This document shows, piece after piece, positions 1 through 13,378 of a DNA stretch of 64,000 bases. Origin of the DNA: the human T2T-CHM13v2.0 reference genome, Homo sapiens; assembly GCF_009914755.1 (NCBI RefSeq), contig NC_060946.1; one strand, 5' to 3'. A model generated the notes under the pieces. The model was given only the letters and a program-made list of their open reading frames with translations. It had not been told where the DNA came from and ran no database searches. The position numbers were made by a program, and so were the translations under genes. The stretch's first letter is position 1. Each line of letters starts with the position of its first letter.

Positions 1-3000
1 TGAATGTTTATTTTGATTGAGCGGTTTTGAAACACTGCTTTTGAAGAATCTGCAAGTGGATATTTGGAGCAGTTTGAGGGCTACTGTGGAAAAGCAATAT
101 CTTCACATGAAAACTACACAGAAGCATTCTGAGAAACTTCTTTGTGATGTGTGCATTCATCTCACAGAGTTGAACCTTTCTTTTGATGGAGCAGTTTTGA
201 ATCTCTCTTTTTGTAGAATCTGCAGGTGGATATTTTGAGCCCTTTGCAGCCTATGCAGGAAAAGGAAATATCTAAAAATAAAAACAACACAGATGCATTC
301 TGAGAAACTTCTTTGTTATGTGTGCATTCATCTCACTGTGTGGAACCTATCTTATGATTGAGCAGTTTTGAAACACTCTCTTTGTAGAATCTGCAAGTGG
401 ATATTTGGAGCACTTTGAGGCCTATTGTGGAAAAGGAAATATCTTCATATAAAAACTACACAGAAGCATTCTCAGAAACTTCTTTGTGATGTGTGCATTC
501 ATCTCACAGAGTTGAATTTTTATTTGATTGAGCACTTTTGAAACATTGTTTTTGTAGAATCTGCAACTGGATATTTGCAGTGTTTTGAGGCCTACTGCAG
601 AAAAGCAAATATCTTCAAATAAAAACTACACAGAGGCATTCTGAGGAACTTCTTTGTGATAGGCGCATTAATCTCAAAGAGTTGAACCTTTCTTTTGATT
701 GAGAAGTTTTGAAACGCTCTTTTTGTAGTATCTGCAAGGGGATATTTGGAGTGCTTTGAGGCCTATTGTGGAAAAGTAAATATCTTCACATAAAAAATAC
801 ACAGAAGCATTTTGAGAAACTACTTTGTGATGTGTGCATTCAACTCATAAGGTTGAACGTATCTTTAGATTGGGCAGTTTTGAATATCTCTGTTTGTGGA
901 ATCTGCAAGTGGATATATGTAGCCCTTTGCAGCCTATGGAGGAAAAGGAAATATCTTCAAATAAAAACTGCACAGACACATTCTGAGAAACTTCTTCGTG
1001 ATGTGTGCATTCAACTCACAGAGTTGAATCTTTCTTTGGTTGAGTAGTTTTGAAATACTCTTTTTGTAGGATGTGCAAGTGGGTATTTTGAGGGCTTTGA
1101 AACCTATTGTGGAAAAGGATATATCTTCATATAAAAATTACACAGAAGCATTCTGAGACACATCTTTATGATATGTGCATTCAACTCACATAGTTAAATC
1201 TATCTTTTGATTGAGCAGTTTTGAATCTCTCTTTTTGTAGAATCTGCAAGTGGATATTAGGAGCCCTTTGTGGCCCTTGTGATAAAGGAAATATCTTCAC
1301 AAAAAAACTACACAGAAGCATTCTGAGAAACTACTTTGTGATGAGTCCATTCACCACACAGAGTTGAAAATTTCTTTGACTGAACAGTTATGAAACACAC
1401 TTTTTGTACAGTCTGCAAGTGGATATCTGGAGGGCTTTGAGGCCTATTTTGGAACAGGAATTATCTTCCCATAAAAACTACACAGAAGCATTCTGAGAAA
1501 CTTCTTTGTGATGTGTGCATTCATCTCACAGAGATGAACCTAGTTTTTCATTAAGCGGTTTTGAAACACTGTTTTTGTGAATCTCTAAGTTGATATTTGG
1601 AGCACTTTGAGGCCGACATTGGAAAAGTAAATATCTTCACATAAAAACTACACATAAACATTCTGAGAAACTTCTTTGTGATGTGGGCATTCATCTCACA
1701 GAGTTGAACCTTTCTTTTGATTGAGAAGTTTTTAATCTCTCTTTCTGTAGAATCTGCAAGGGGATATTTGGAGGGCTTTGAGGCCTGTTGTGGAAAAGTA
1801 AATATCTTCACATAAAAACTAAACAGAAACATTCTGAGAAACTTCTTTGTGATGTATGCATTCATCTCACAGAATTGAACTCTTCTTTTGATTGAGCAGT
1901 TTGGAAACACGCTTTTTCTAGAATCTGTAAGTGGATATTTGGAGCTCCTTGAGGCCTATTTTGGAAAAGGATATATCTTCACATAAAAACTACACAGAAG
2001 CATTCTGAGAAACTGCATTGTGATGTGTGCATTCATCTCACAGATTTGAACCTTTTTTTGATTGAGCAGTTTTGAAACACTCTTTTTGTAGAATCTGCAA
2101 GTGGATATTTGGAGTGCTTTTAGGTCTATTGTGGAAAAGAAAATATCATCACATAAAAACTATAGAGAATCATTCTGTGAAACTTCTTTGCGTTGTGTTT
2201 ACTCACCTCATGGAGTTGAAGTTTTCTTTAGATTGAGCAATTTGGAAACACTCTTTTTGTAGAATCTGCAAGTGGATAGTTGGAGTGCTTTTAGGCCTAT
2301 GGTTGAAAAGGAAATATCTTCACATAAAAACTACTCGGAAGCGTTCTGAGAAACTTCTTTGTGATGTGTGCATTCACCTCACAGGGTTGAAACTTTCTTT
2401 TGATTGAGCAGTTTTGAAACACTCTTTTTCTAGAATGTGCAAGTGGATATTTGCAGGACTTTGTTGACTATTGTGGAAAGGGAAGTATGTTCACATAAAA
2501 ATTACACAGAAGCATTCTGAGAAATTTCTTGTGAAGTGTGCATTCACCTCACAGAGTTGAAACTTTCTTTTGATTAAGCATTTTTGAAACACTCTTCTTG
2601 TACAATCTGCAAGTGGATATTTGGAGCCCTTTGAGGCCTATTGTGGAAAAGGAAATATCTTCACATAAAAAGTAATCAGAAGCATTCTGAGAAACTTCTT
2701 TGTGATGTATGCATTCATATCACAGAATTGAACCCTTCTTTTCATTAGCACTTTGGAAACTCTCTTTTTGTAGAGTCTAGAAGTGGACATTTGGAGCTCT
2801 TTGAGGTCTATTGTGGAAAATGAAATATCTTCACATAAAAACTACACAGAAGCATTCTTAGAAAGTTCTTTGTGATTTGTGCTTTCAACTCACAGAATTG
2901 AAACTTTTTTTGATTGAGCAGTTTTGAAACACTCTTTTTGTAGAATCTGCAAGTGGATATTAGGAGTGCTTTGAGGCCTATTGTGGAAAAGGAAATATCT

Positions 3001-5909
3001 TCACATAAAAACTACACAGAATCATTCTGTGAAACTTCTTTGCGAGGTGTTTACTCATCTCACAGAGTTGAAGTTTTCTTTTGAATGAGCAGTTTGGAAA
3101 CACTCTTTTTGTAGAATCTGCAAGTGGATAGGTGGAGCGATTTGAGGTCTATGGTGTAAAAGGAAATATCTTCACATAAAAACTACATGGAAGCATTCTG
3201 AGAAACTTCTTGGTGATGTTGCATTCATCTCACAGAGTAGAACATTTCTTTTGATTGAGCATTTTTGAAACACAGTTTTTGTAGAATCTGCAAGTGGATA
3301 TTTGGAGAGCTTTGAGGACTATTGTGGAAAAGGAAGTATCTTCACAAGAAAAGTACACAGAATCATTCTGGGAAATGTCTTGTGACGTGTGCATTCATCT
3401 CACAGAGCGCTTTGAGGCCCATTGTGGAAAAGGAAATATCTTCACATGAAAACTACACAGAAGCATTCTGAGAAACTTCTTTGTGATTTTTGCATTCATC
3501 TCACGGTGTTTTACCATTCTTTTGATTGAGCAGTTTGAAAACACTCTTTTAGTAGAATCTAAAAGTGGATATTTAGAGCTCTTTGAGTACTATTGTGGAA
3601 ATTGAAATATCTTCACATAAAAACTATACAGAAGCATTCTGAGAAACTTCTTTGTGATGTGTGCATTCAACTCACAGAGTTCTACCTATCTATTGGTAGA
3701 GGATTTTAGAAACTCTCTTTTTGGAGAATCTGCAAGTGAATATTTGGAGCCCTTTATGGCCTACTGTGTAAAAGGAAATACCTTCACATAAAAACTACAC
3801 AGAAGCACTCTGAGAAACTTCTTTGTGATGTGCACATTCATCTCACAGATTTGAACCTTTCTTTAGACTGAACAGTTTGGAAACTCTCTTTTAATAGAAT
3901 AAGCAAGTGGATATTTGAAACACTTTGAGGCCTAATGTGGAAGAGAAAATATCTTCACATAAAAATGACACAGAAGCATTCTGATAAACTACTTTGTAAT
4001 GAGTCCATTAATCTCACGAAGTTGAACCTTTCTTTTCTTTGCGCAGTTTGGAAACAATCTTTACAGAATCTGCAGGTGGATATTTGCAAATTGTGGAAAA
4101 GGAAATATCTTCACATAAAAACTGCACAGAAGCATTCTGAGAAACTTCTTTATGATGTGTGCATTCAACTCACAGACTTGAACCTTTCTTTTGATTGAAC
4201 AGTTTTGAAACACTCTTTTTGTAGATTCTGCAAGTGTATATTTGTAGCCCTTTGAGGCCTACTGTGGAAAAGGAAATATCTTCACATAAAAACTACACAG
4301 AAGCATTCTGAGAAACTTCTTTGCGATGTGTGCATTCCCCTCAAAGAGTTTAATCTCTCTTTTTATTGAGCACTTTTGAAACCCCCGTTTTGTAGAATCT
4401 GCAAGGGGATATTTGGAGCCCTTTAGGGCCTATTTTGGAAAAGGAAATATCTTCACATAAAAACTACACAAAAGTATTGTGAGAAACTTCTTCATGATGT
4501 GTGAATTCGTCTCATAGAGTTGAACCTTTCTTTTCATTGATCAGTTTGGAAACACTCTTTTTGTAACATCTGCAGGTGGATGTTTGGAGCACTTTGTGGT
4601 GAATGGTGTAAAAGGAAATATCTTTACATAAAAAGTACGCAGAGGCATTCTGAGACACCTCTTTGAGATGTGTGCATTCAAGTCACCGGGTTGAGCTTAT
4701 CTTTTTATAGAGCAGTTTTGAAACTCTATCTTTGCAGATTCTGTAAGTGGATACTTGGTGCGTTGTGCAGCCAAGTGTGAAAAAGGAAATACCTTCACAT
4801 AAAAACCACACAAAATAATTCTGAGAAACTTCTTTGTGTTGTGTGCATTCATCTCACAAAGCTGAACCTTTCTTTTGATTAAGCAGTTTTGAAACACTCA
4901 TTTTGTAGAATGTGCAAGTCAATGTTTCAAGCACTTTGAGGCCTATTGTGGAAAAGGAAATATCTTCACATAAAAACTACAAAGAAGCATTGTGAGAAAC
5001 TACTTTGTGACGTGTGCATTCATCACACAGAGTTGAACCTTTCTTTTTATTGAGCAGTTTGGTAACACTCTTTTTGTAGAATCTCCAAGGGGATATTTTT
5101 AGCGCTTTGAGATCTTTGGCGGAAAAGGAAATATCTTCACATAGAAACTACACAGAAGCATTCTGAGAAACTTATTTGGGATGTGTGCATTCATCTCAGT
5201 GAGTTGAATCTATCCTTTGATTGAGCAGTTTTTAATCACTCTTTTTGTAGAATCTGCAAGTGGATATTTGGAGCACATTTAGACCTATGGTGGAAAAGGA
5301 AACATCCTCACATAAAAACTATGAAGAAGCATTCTGAGAAACGTCTTTGTAATGTGTGCATTCATCTCACAGAGTTGAACCTTTCTTTTGATTGAGCAAT
5401 TTCGAAACACTCTTTTTGTAGAATTTGGACGTGTATATTTGGAGTGCTTTGTGGCCTGTTGTGGAAAAGAAAATATCTTCACATAAACACTAGACAGACG
5501 CATTCTGAGAAACTTCTTTGTGATGTGTGCATTCATCTCAGAGAGTTGATCTTTCTTTTGATTGACCAGTTTGGACACACTCTTTTGTAGAACCTGCAAG
5601 TGGATATTTGGAGCGCTTTGAAGCCTATGGTAGAAAAGGAAATATCTTCACATAAAAACCACACAGACGCATTCTCAGAAACTTTTTTGTGATGTCTGCA
5701 TTCGACTCACACAGCTGAACCTATCTTTTGATTGAGAAGTTTTGATTCTCTCTTTTTGTAAAATCTGCAAGTGGATATTTGCAGACCTTTCTGGCCTATT
5801 TTGGAAAAGGAAATATCTTCACATAAAAAATAGAAGCATTCTGAGAAACTTCTTTGTGATGTGTGCATTCATCTCAAAAAGTTGAACATTTCTTTTGATT
5901 GAGTAGTTT
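1..5909 (+). repeat. Monomeric alpha satellite, block 1 (~171-bp monomers, A-type)
   Basis: Recurring CATTCTGAGAAACTTCTTTGTGATGTGTGCATTCATCTCACAGAGTTGAAC...GAATCTGCAAGTGGATATTTGGAG at ~170-171 bp spacing. Monomers are divergent. The box position reads CTATTGTGGAAAAGGAA or CTATGGTGGAAAAGGAA (pJalpha type); no TTCGTTGGAAACGGG seen. Confidence 0.98.
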
Positions 5910-6289
5910 CTATTATTATTATACTTTAAGTTTTAGGGTACATGTGCACATTGTGCAGGTTAGTTACATATGTATACGTGTGCCATGCTGGTGTGCTGCA
6001 CCCACTAACTCGTCATATAGCATTAGGTATATATCCCAATGCTATCCCTCCCCCCTCCTCCCACCCCACAACAGTCCCCAGAGTGTGATGTTCCCCTTCC
6101 TGTGTCCATGTGATCTCATTTTTCAATTCCCACCTATGAGTGAGAATATGCGGTGTTTGGTTTTTTGTTTTGCGATAGTTTACTGAGAATGATGACTTCC
6201 AATTTCATCCATGTCCCTAAAAAGGATATGAACTCATCATTTTTTATGGCTGCATAGTATTCCATGGTGCATATAGACTGGATTAAGAA
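5910..6289 (-). mobile_element. 5'-truncated L1PA (PA2/PA3-like) 3' end with a tiny 5' inversion, inserted in alpha satellite
   Basis: Reverse complement of the L1 3'UTR (TATACTTTAAGTTTTAGGGTACATGTGCAC...) and ORF2 C-terminus to ~6274. ATAGACTGGATTAAGAA (6273-6289) is in the opposite orientation. Degenerate TSD GATTGAGTAGTTT (5897-5909) / GATTTAGCAGTTT (6290-6302). Confidence 0.93.
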
Positions 6290-9200
6290 GATTTAGCAGT
6301 TTTTAAAAAATCTTTTGTAGTGTTTGCAAGGGGATATTTGGAGCGTTTTGGGGCCTATTGTGGAAAAGGAACTATCTTCACATAAAAACTAGACAGAAGC
6401 ATTCTGAGAAACTTTTGGTGATCTGTGCATTCAACTCACAGATTTGAACCTTTCTTTTGATTGAACAGTTTTGAAACACTCTTTTTGTAGTATCTGTAAA
6501 TGGATATTTGAAGCGGTTTGAGGTCTATCTTGGAAAAGGAAATATCTTCACATATAAACTAGACAGAAGCATTCTGAGAAACTTCTCTGTGATAAGTGCC
6601 TTCATCTCACAGAGTTGAACCTTTCTTTTGATTGAGCAGTTTTGAAACACTCTTTTTGTTGTATATGCAAGTGGCTATTTGGAGCGATTTGTGGTCTGTG
6701 GTGGAAAAGGAAATATCTTCACATAAAAACTAGACAGAAACACTCTGAGAAACTTCTTTGTGATGTGTGCATTCATCTCACCAAGATGAACCATTCTTTT
6801 GATGGAGCTGTTTTGAAATACTCTTTTTGTAGAATCTGCAAGTGGATATTTGGAGTGCTTTCAGGTCTGTGGTGGAAAAGGAAATATCTTCACATAAAAA
6901 CTAGACAGAAGTATTCTGAGAAACTTCTTTGTAATGTGTGCATTCATCTCACAGTGTTGAAACTTTCTTTTGATTGAGGGTTTTGAAACAGTCTTTTTGA
7001 TGAAACTGCAAGTGGATATTTGGAGCGAATTGTGTCCTATGGTTTAAAAGGAAATATCTTCACATAAAAACTAGACAGAAGCCTTCTGAGAAACTTCTTT
7101 GTGATGTGTGCGTTCATCTCACTGGGTTGAATCTTTCCTTTCATCGAGCAGTATTGAAACACCCTTTTTGTAGAATCTGAAAGTCGATATTTGGAGCGAT
7201 TGTGTCCTATGGTAGTAAAGGAAATATTTTCACAGAAAAACTAGACAGAAGCATTCTGCAAAACTTCCTCGTGATGTGTTCACTTATCTCACCAAATTGA
7301 CCCATTGTTTTCATTGAGCAGATTTGATACACTCTTTTTGTAGAATGTGCAAGTGAATATTTGGAACTCCTTGATGAGTATGACGGAAAAGGAAATACCT
7401 TCACGTACAAACTAGACAGAAGCATTCTGAGAAACTTCTTTCTGATATGTGCATTCAACTCACTGAGTTGAACCTTTCTTTTGATTCAGCAGTTTTGAAA
7501 CACGCTTTTTGAAGAATCTGTAAGTGGCTATTTGGAGTGCTTAGGGGCTGATGGTGGAATGGAAATATCTCCACATAAAAAACTTGACGGAAGCATTCTG
7601 AGAAACTTCTCTGTGATGTGTGCATTCATCAGAGAGAGTTTAACCTTTCTTTTGACTGAGCAGTTTTGAAACTCTCTTTTTGTAGAATCTGCAAGTGGAC
7701 ATTTGGAGCCACTTGAGGCCTATAGTGGAAAAGGGAATATCTTCACATAAAAGCTACACGGAAGCATTCTGAGAAACTTCTTTGTGATGTACAGATTCCT
7801 CTCACAGATTTGAAAATTTCTTTTGATTGAGCAGTTTTGAAATGTTCTTTTTGGAGAATCGGCCAGTGGATATTTGGAGCGCTTTGAGGACTATGGTGGA
7901 AAAGGAAATATCTTCACATAAAAACTAGAGGAAACATTCTGAGAAACTTATTTGTGATGTGTGCATTCCTCTCACAGAGTTGAACATTTCTTTTGATTAA
8001 GCAGTTTTGAAACACTCTTTTTGTAGAATCTGCTAGAGGATATTTGGAGCTCTTTGAGGCCTATGGAGGAAAAGGAAATATCTTCACTTAAAAACTAGAC
8101 AGAAGCATTCTGATAAACTTCTTTGTGATGTGTGCATTCATCTCACAGAGTTGAACCTTTCTTTTGATTGAGCTGTTTTGAAACACTCTTTTTGAGGAAT
8201 CTGCAAGTGGATATTTAGAGCGCTTTGAGGCGTATAGTGGAAAATGAAACATCTTCACATAAAAACTAGACAGCAGCATTCTGAGAAACTTCTTTGTAAT
8301 GTGTGCATTCATCTCACAGAACTTAACCTTTCTTTTGATTGAGCAGTTTTGAAACACTCTTTTTGTAGAATCTGCAAATGGATATATGGATCATTTTGAG
8401 GTCTACGGTGCAAAAGGGTATATCTTCACATAAAAACTAGACAGAATCTTTCTCAGAAACTTCTTTGTGACGTGTACATTCATCTTACAGTGGTGAACCT
8501 TTCTTTTGATTCAGCAGTTTTCACTCTTTTTGTAGAATTTGCAAGTGGATATTTGGAGCGCTTAGGGGCCTATGGTGAAAAAGGAAATATCTCCACATAA
8601 AAAATTGATGGAAGCATTCTGAGAAACTTCTTTGTTGTGTGCATTCAACTCACAGAGTAGAACCTTTCTTTTGATTTAGCAGTTTTGAAACACTCTTTTT
8701 GTAGAATCTGCAAGTGGATATTTGGAGCCCTTTGTGGCCCACAGTGGAAATGGAAATATCTTCACATAAAAACTAGACAGAAGCATTCTGAGAAAGTTCT
8801 TGGTGATGTGTGCATTCATCTCACAGAGTTAAATTTTTCTTTTGATTGAACAGTTTTGACACACTCCTTTGGAGAATCTGCAAGTGGATATTTGGAGCGC
8901 TTTAAGGCCTATTGTGGAAAAGGAAATATCATCAAATAAAAACTACACAGAAGCATTCTGAGAAATTTCTTTGTGATGTATGCATTCATCTCACAGAGAG
9001 GAACTTTCTTTTGATTGAGCAGTGTTGAAATACTAATTTTGTAGAATCTGCAGGAGGGTATTTGGAGCGCTTTGCTGCATATGGTGTAAAAGGAAGTATC
9101 TTCACATAAAAATTGGGCAGAAGAATTCTGAAAAACTTCTTTGTGATGTGTGCATTCATCTGACAGAGTTGAACCTTTCTTTTGATTGAGCAGTTTTGAA

Positions 9201-9860
9201 ACACTCTTTTTGTAGTATCTGTAAATGGATATTTGAAGCGGTTTGAGGTCTATGGTGGAAAAGGAAATATCTTCACATATAAACTAGACAGAAGCATTCT
9301 GAGAAATTTCTCTGTGATTTTTGCATTCATCTCACAGAGTTGAACCTTTCTTTTGATCGAGCAGTTTTGAAACACTCTTTTTGTAGAATCTGCAAGTGAA
9401 TATTTGGAGTGCTTTTAGGCCTTTGTGGAAAAGCAAATATCTTTGCATCAAAACTAGACAGATGCATTTTGAGAAACTTCTTTGTGATGTGTGCATTCAT
9501 CTCACAGATTTAAACCTTTATTTTGATTGAACAGTTTTGAAACACTGTTTTTGGTGAATCTGCAAGTGGATATTTGGAGCGCTTAGAGGCCTATGGTGTA
9601 AAACAAATATATTCACATAAAAACTAGACAGAAGCATTCTGAGAAACTTCTCTGTGATGTGTGCACTCATCTCACAGAGTTGAACATTTCTTTTGATCGA
9701 GTAGTTTTGAAACACTCTTTTTGTACCATCTGCAAGTGTATATTTGGAGCGTTTTGCCTCCTATGGTGCAAAAGGAAATATCTTCACATAAAAACTAGAC
9801 AGATGCATTCTGAGAAACTTCTTTGTGATATGTGCATTCATCTCACAGAGGTGAACTTCT
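6290..9860 (+). repeat. Monomeric alpha satellite, block 2
   Basis: Same 171-bp monomers, mostly the AAAACTAGACAG variant. Exact CTAYGGTGRAAAAGGAA boxes at 7891, 8570 and 9250. Ends mid-monomer at ~9860. Confidence 0.98.
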
Positions 9861-10169
9861 AGTGCTTTGGACTCATCCAACCCTCAACATTAATTTTAAG
9901 AGCTCCTTGATCTTTCCAGCAGGAGAAAAATGAACATGCAAAGCTCTCAGGCTCATTGTTATAATCCTCTCAAGAATCAGTCTCATTAGCAGACAGCAGA
10001 GTCTTGATCCCTTGTTTCACCAAACTAACCACTTGGCTGAGAGAAGTTGCTGTTAGTCCTAGGGGAACTTCTCATAACCCTTGCAAGCTCTTCAAGTATT
10101 TGTGTATTTTCCCCTTTCAGAAAGTTGTGTTTATCTCAGCATCCCATTGTCATCTCCAAAATTAAATAA

Positions 10170-10640
10170 TTGTGAAGGATCTAAGATTTCATCCTATTTG
10201 TAAACGAACCTATTAACCTTCCATTTTCATGGATGCTGGTAGAAGGCATGAGACACTGAAGTATGAAAAAAAAAACTACTATTTACTGTCTACCTGGAGG
10301 CAAAAGCCTCATTTTTGTATTAGTTCTCCTTGTCCATACTACATTTTTTAGAGGGATTTCAAAAGGCTCAGATGGACATTGCACATGGGGAAGATTTGTG
10401 TCACAGCTGAGCAGACTCAAGACTAAGAAACCTCAATCTTCTTAAAGTAGGTTACATGCAAACCTGTCCAACCTTTGCCTCACAGAGAAAAATTGTCTTT
10501 ATTATATTGATTGAGTAATTTATCTGCCATTCACCTGAAGAGAAAAACTACTACCCTTTTTCCAGGTTATTTGTGTACAAAAATCTTTGAAAAATAGCCT
10601 GGAACAGGACAGGTATGTGATGTAAGACACAACAAAATGA
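10170..10640. mobile_element. Old LTR-like relic (family unresolved)
   Basis: Starts TGTGAAGGATCTAAGATTTCATCCTA...TTTCATGGATGCTGGTAGAAGGCATGAGAC, resembling an old ERV LTR terminus from memory. Confidence 0.4.
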
Positions 10641-10786
10641 CAAACTCTAAGAGACTTTTATAGAACTACATCTCAGTAGCATGCATCTTTTCCATAAAAT
10701 GTTGCACTAAACAATCCTGTGATGAAAAAAATCCATTGAAGATTTTTGACATGAAGACTAACTTTTGTTGTTTTGTGTTGTGGGAT

Positions 10787-10992
10787 TGTTCAAGTGATTC
10801 TCCTGTGTCAGCCTCCAAAGTAGCTGGAGTACAGGCTCCCACTACCACACTCAGCTTATTTTTCTATTTTTAGTAGAGGCGGGGTTTTACCATGTTAGTC
10901 AGGGTGGTCTCGAACTCCTGATCTCAGGTGGTCCGCCTGCCTTGGCCTCACAAAGTGCTAGGAATATAGGCATGAGCCACCATGCCCAGCCC
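10787..10992 (-). mobile_element. AluS fragment lacking the 3' part of the right arm
   Basis: GTTCAAGTGATTCTCCTG...GGTCTCGAACTCCTGATCTCAGGTG...GAGCCACCATGCCCAGCC. Confidence 0.9.
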
Positions 10993-11204
10993 CAGGAATG
11001 AAAGTTCTATGTGTGCAGTAATGTAATTCTGACTGATAAATGACAGGTGACAGTAAGTGAAAATCTAACACAATTCAACATTTTTACATATTTAGACATA
11101 TTGTAATTGGTTAGCTTATTGGAAAAAGTTAAATGACTACCAGTTTATATGGCATATTTATTCTGAATTAATTGCTAATCTAGATTTGAGAGATGAAATA
11201 ATTA

Positions 11205-11920
11205 TTTTTACAACACAGAAACATAAAGTGCATTTCCATATACCAACAATGAACAATTTGACAGTAAATTAATAAAACAATTGTTTGCAACAACATTAAA
11301 ATAATATAATTCTTAGAAATAAATTTAATAAGAAGGTACATATTTTGTACAATAAAAAATACAGGATCAGAATATTTATGAAAAAAACTAAAAAGGAGTT
11401 AAATAACTGGCAACAAATTCCATGTTCCTGAACCGGAAGACTTAATGAAGTTCAGATGACAATACTACTACCCAAAGTAGTGTACAGATGTACTGTAATC
11501 CCAATTTTTAATTTTTCCAACTTTTCTTTTGCAAAAACAAAATAATTCATTTAAAACTTCATATGGAATTTGAAAATCCTCTGAATGTACAGAATAATCT
11601 TGAAAGGAAGAACAAAATTAGATGGCTCACAATTTTAAATTTGAAAACATACAAAGCTACTATAATTATAACAGTTTGCTAGTGGCATAAGAACAATTGT
11701 AGAGATCAAATAAATAAAATATATAATCAAAAAAACCCTTGCATAAATTATTGATTGTCTTTTGACAAGGGTGCCTTAATCATTATGTAAAGAAAAGGAC
11801 AGTTTGTTCCACAATAAATGCTGGGAAAACAAGTCCACATTGAAACCAGTAAAGTTTAATCTTTATCACATTCCAAGTACAAAAATTAAATAAAAATAGA
11901 TTAAAGACATAAGTGTTCAA
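11205..11920 (+). mobile_element. Old L1M ORF2 fragment
   Basis: Degenerate L1 ORF2 motifs (GCATTTCCATATACCAACAATGAAC; AAACTTCATATGGAA; TTTGACAAGGGTGCC; AATAAATGCTGGGAAAAC). Confidence 0.8.
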
Positions 11921-12307
11921 CATTAGTGGTTTCTAATGGTTGTTTTCATTTATGTGGGGTCAGTACTAACATGAACACCTTTATACACACAAACTAGAAA
12001 ACTTTAAAGAAATGGATACATTACTAGATATACACACTCTCCCAAGATTAAGCCAGGAAGACAATTATTTCCTGAATGGACCAATAAAAAGCTCTGATAT
12101 TATATAGGTAATAAGTAGCTTGCCAATAAAAAAATAAAAGCCCTGGACTTTATGGATTTACAGCCAAATTCTACCAAATGTACAAGGAAGAGCTGGTACA
12201 ATTCCTACAGAAACTATCCCCAAAAATTGAGGAGGACGGTCTCCTCCCCAACTCATTCTATAAGGACAGCATGATCTTGACACCAAAACCTGGCAGAGAC
12301 ACAACAA

Positions 12308-12490
12308 AAACACAAAATTAGCCGGGCTTGGTAGCAGACACCTGTAGTCCCAGCTACTTGGGAGGCTGAGGCAGGAGAATGACATGAACCCAGGAGGCGG
12401 AGCTTGCATTAAGCAGAGATTGCACCAGTGCACTCCAGCCTGGGCAACAGAGGGAGACTCCATCAAAAAAAAAAAAGAAAGAAAGAAAAG
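12308..12490 (+). mobile_element. 5'-truncated Alu (right arm, AluY-like)
   Basis: AAAATTAGCCGGGC...GGAGAATGACATGAACCCAGGAGGCGGAGCTTGC...poly(A). Confidence 0.88.
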
Positions 12491-13378
12491 AAAATTTCAG
12501 GCCAATATTCTTCACAAACATCAATACAAAAGTTCTCAGAAAAATATTTGTAAACCAAATCCAGCAGCACATCAAACAGGTAATCCGTCATTATCAAGTA
12601 GGCTGCCTCCTTAGGATGCAAGGTTGGCCCAGCATGTGCAAATCAATAAATGTAATACATCACATAAACAGAACTAAATACAAAAAACAGACGATTATCC
12701 CAATAGATGCAGAAAGTAATAAAAGCCGTGTATAAAAAACCCACAGCCAACAATCTGTTGAATGGGCAAAGTTGGGAGCTTTTTTTCTGAAAACCAGCAC
12801 AAGGCAAGAATGCCCTCTCTCACCATTTCTATTCAACATAGTATTGAAAGTCCTGACGAGAGCAATCAGGCTAGAGAAAGAAATACAAAAAGCATCCAAA
12901 TAGGAAGAGAGAAAGCCAAACTATTTCTGTTTGCAAATAACATAATTCTATATCTAGAAAACCCTGTAGTTTCAGGTACAAAGCTTCTTTAGTTAACAAA
13001 CAACTTCAGCGAATTTTCAAGATACTAAATCAATGTGCAAAGATCACTAACATTTCTCTACACCAATGATAACCACACTGACAGCAAAATCAGAAAGGCC
13101 ATCCCATTCACAATTGCCACAAAAATGATAAAATACCTGGAAATGCAGCTCACCAGGGAGGTGAAAGAGCTCTACAGTGAGAATTACAAAACACTGCTCA
13201 AATAAATCAGAGAAGACACAAACAAATGGAAAACCACCTCATGCTCATGGATAGGAATACCCAATATAACTAAAATGGCTATACTTCACAAAGCAATTGA
13301 CAGATTTAATGCTATTTCCATCAAACTGCCAATAAAATTTTTTACAGAGCTAGAAAAAACTATTTTAAAATTCCTATA

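Noticed and set aside
17-9862. Many 65-120 aa ORFs with repeated HSEKLLCDVCIH-like motifs
   Set aside because: Chance translations of alpha-satellite monomers, not genes or zinc fingers.
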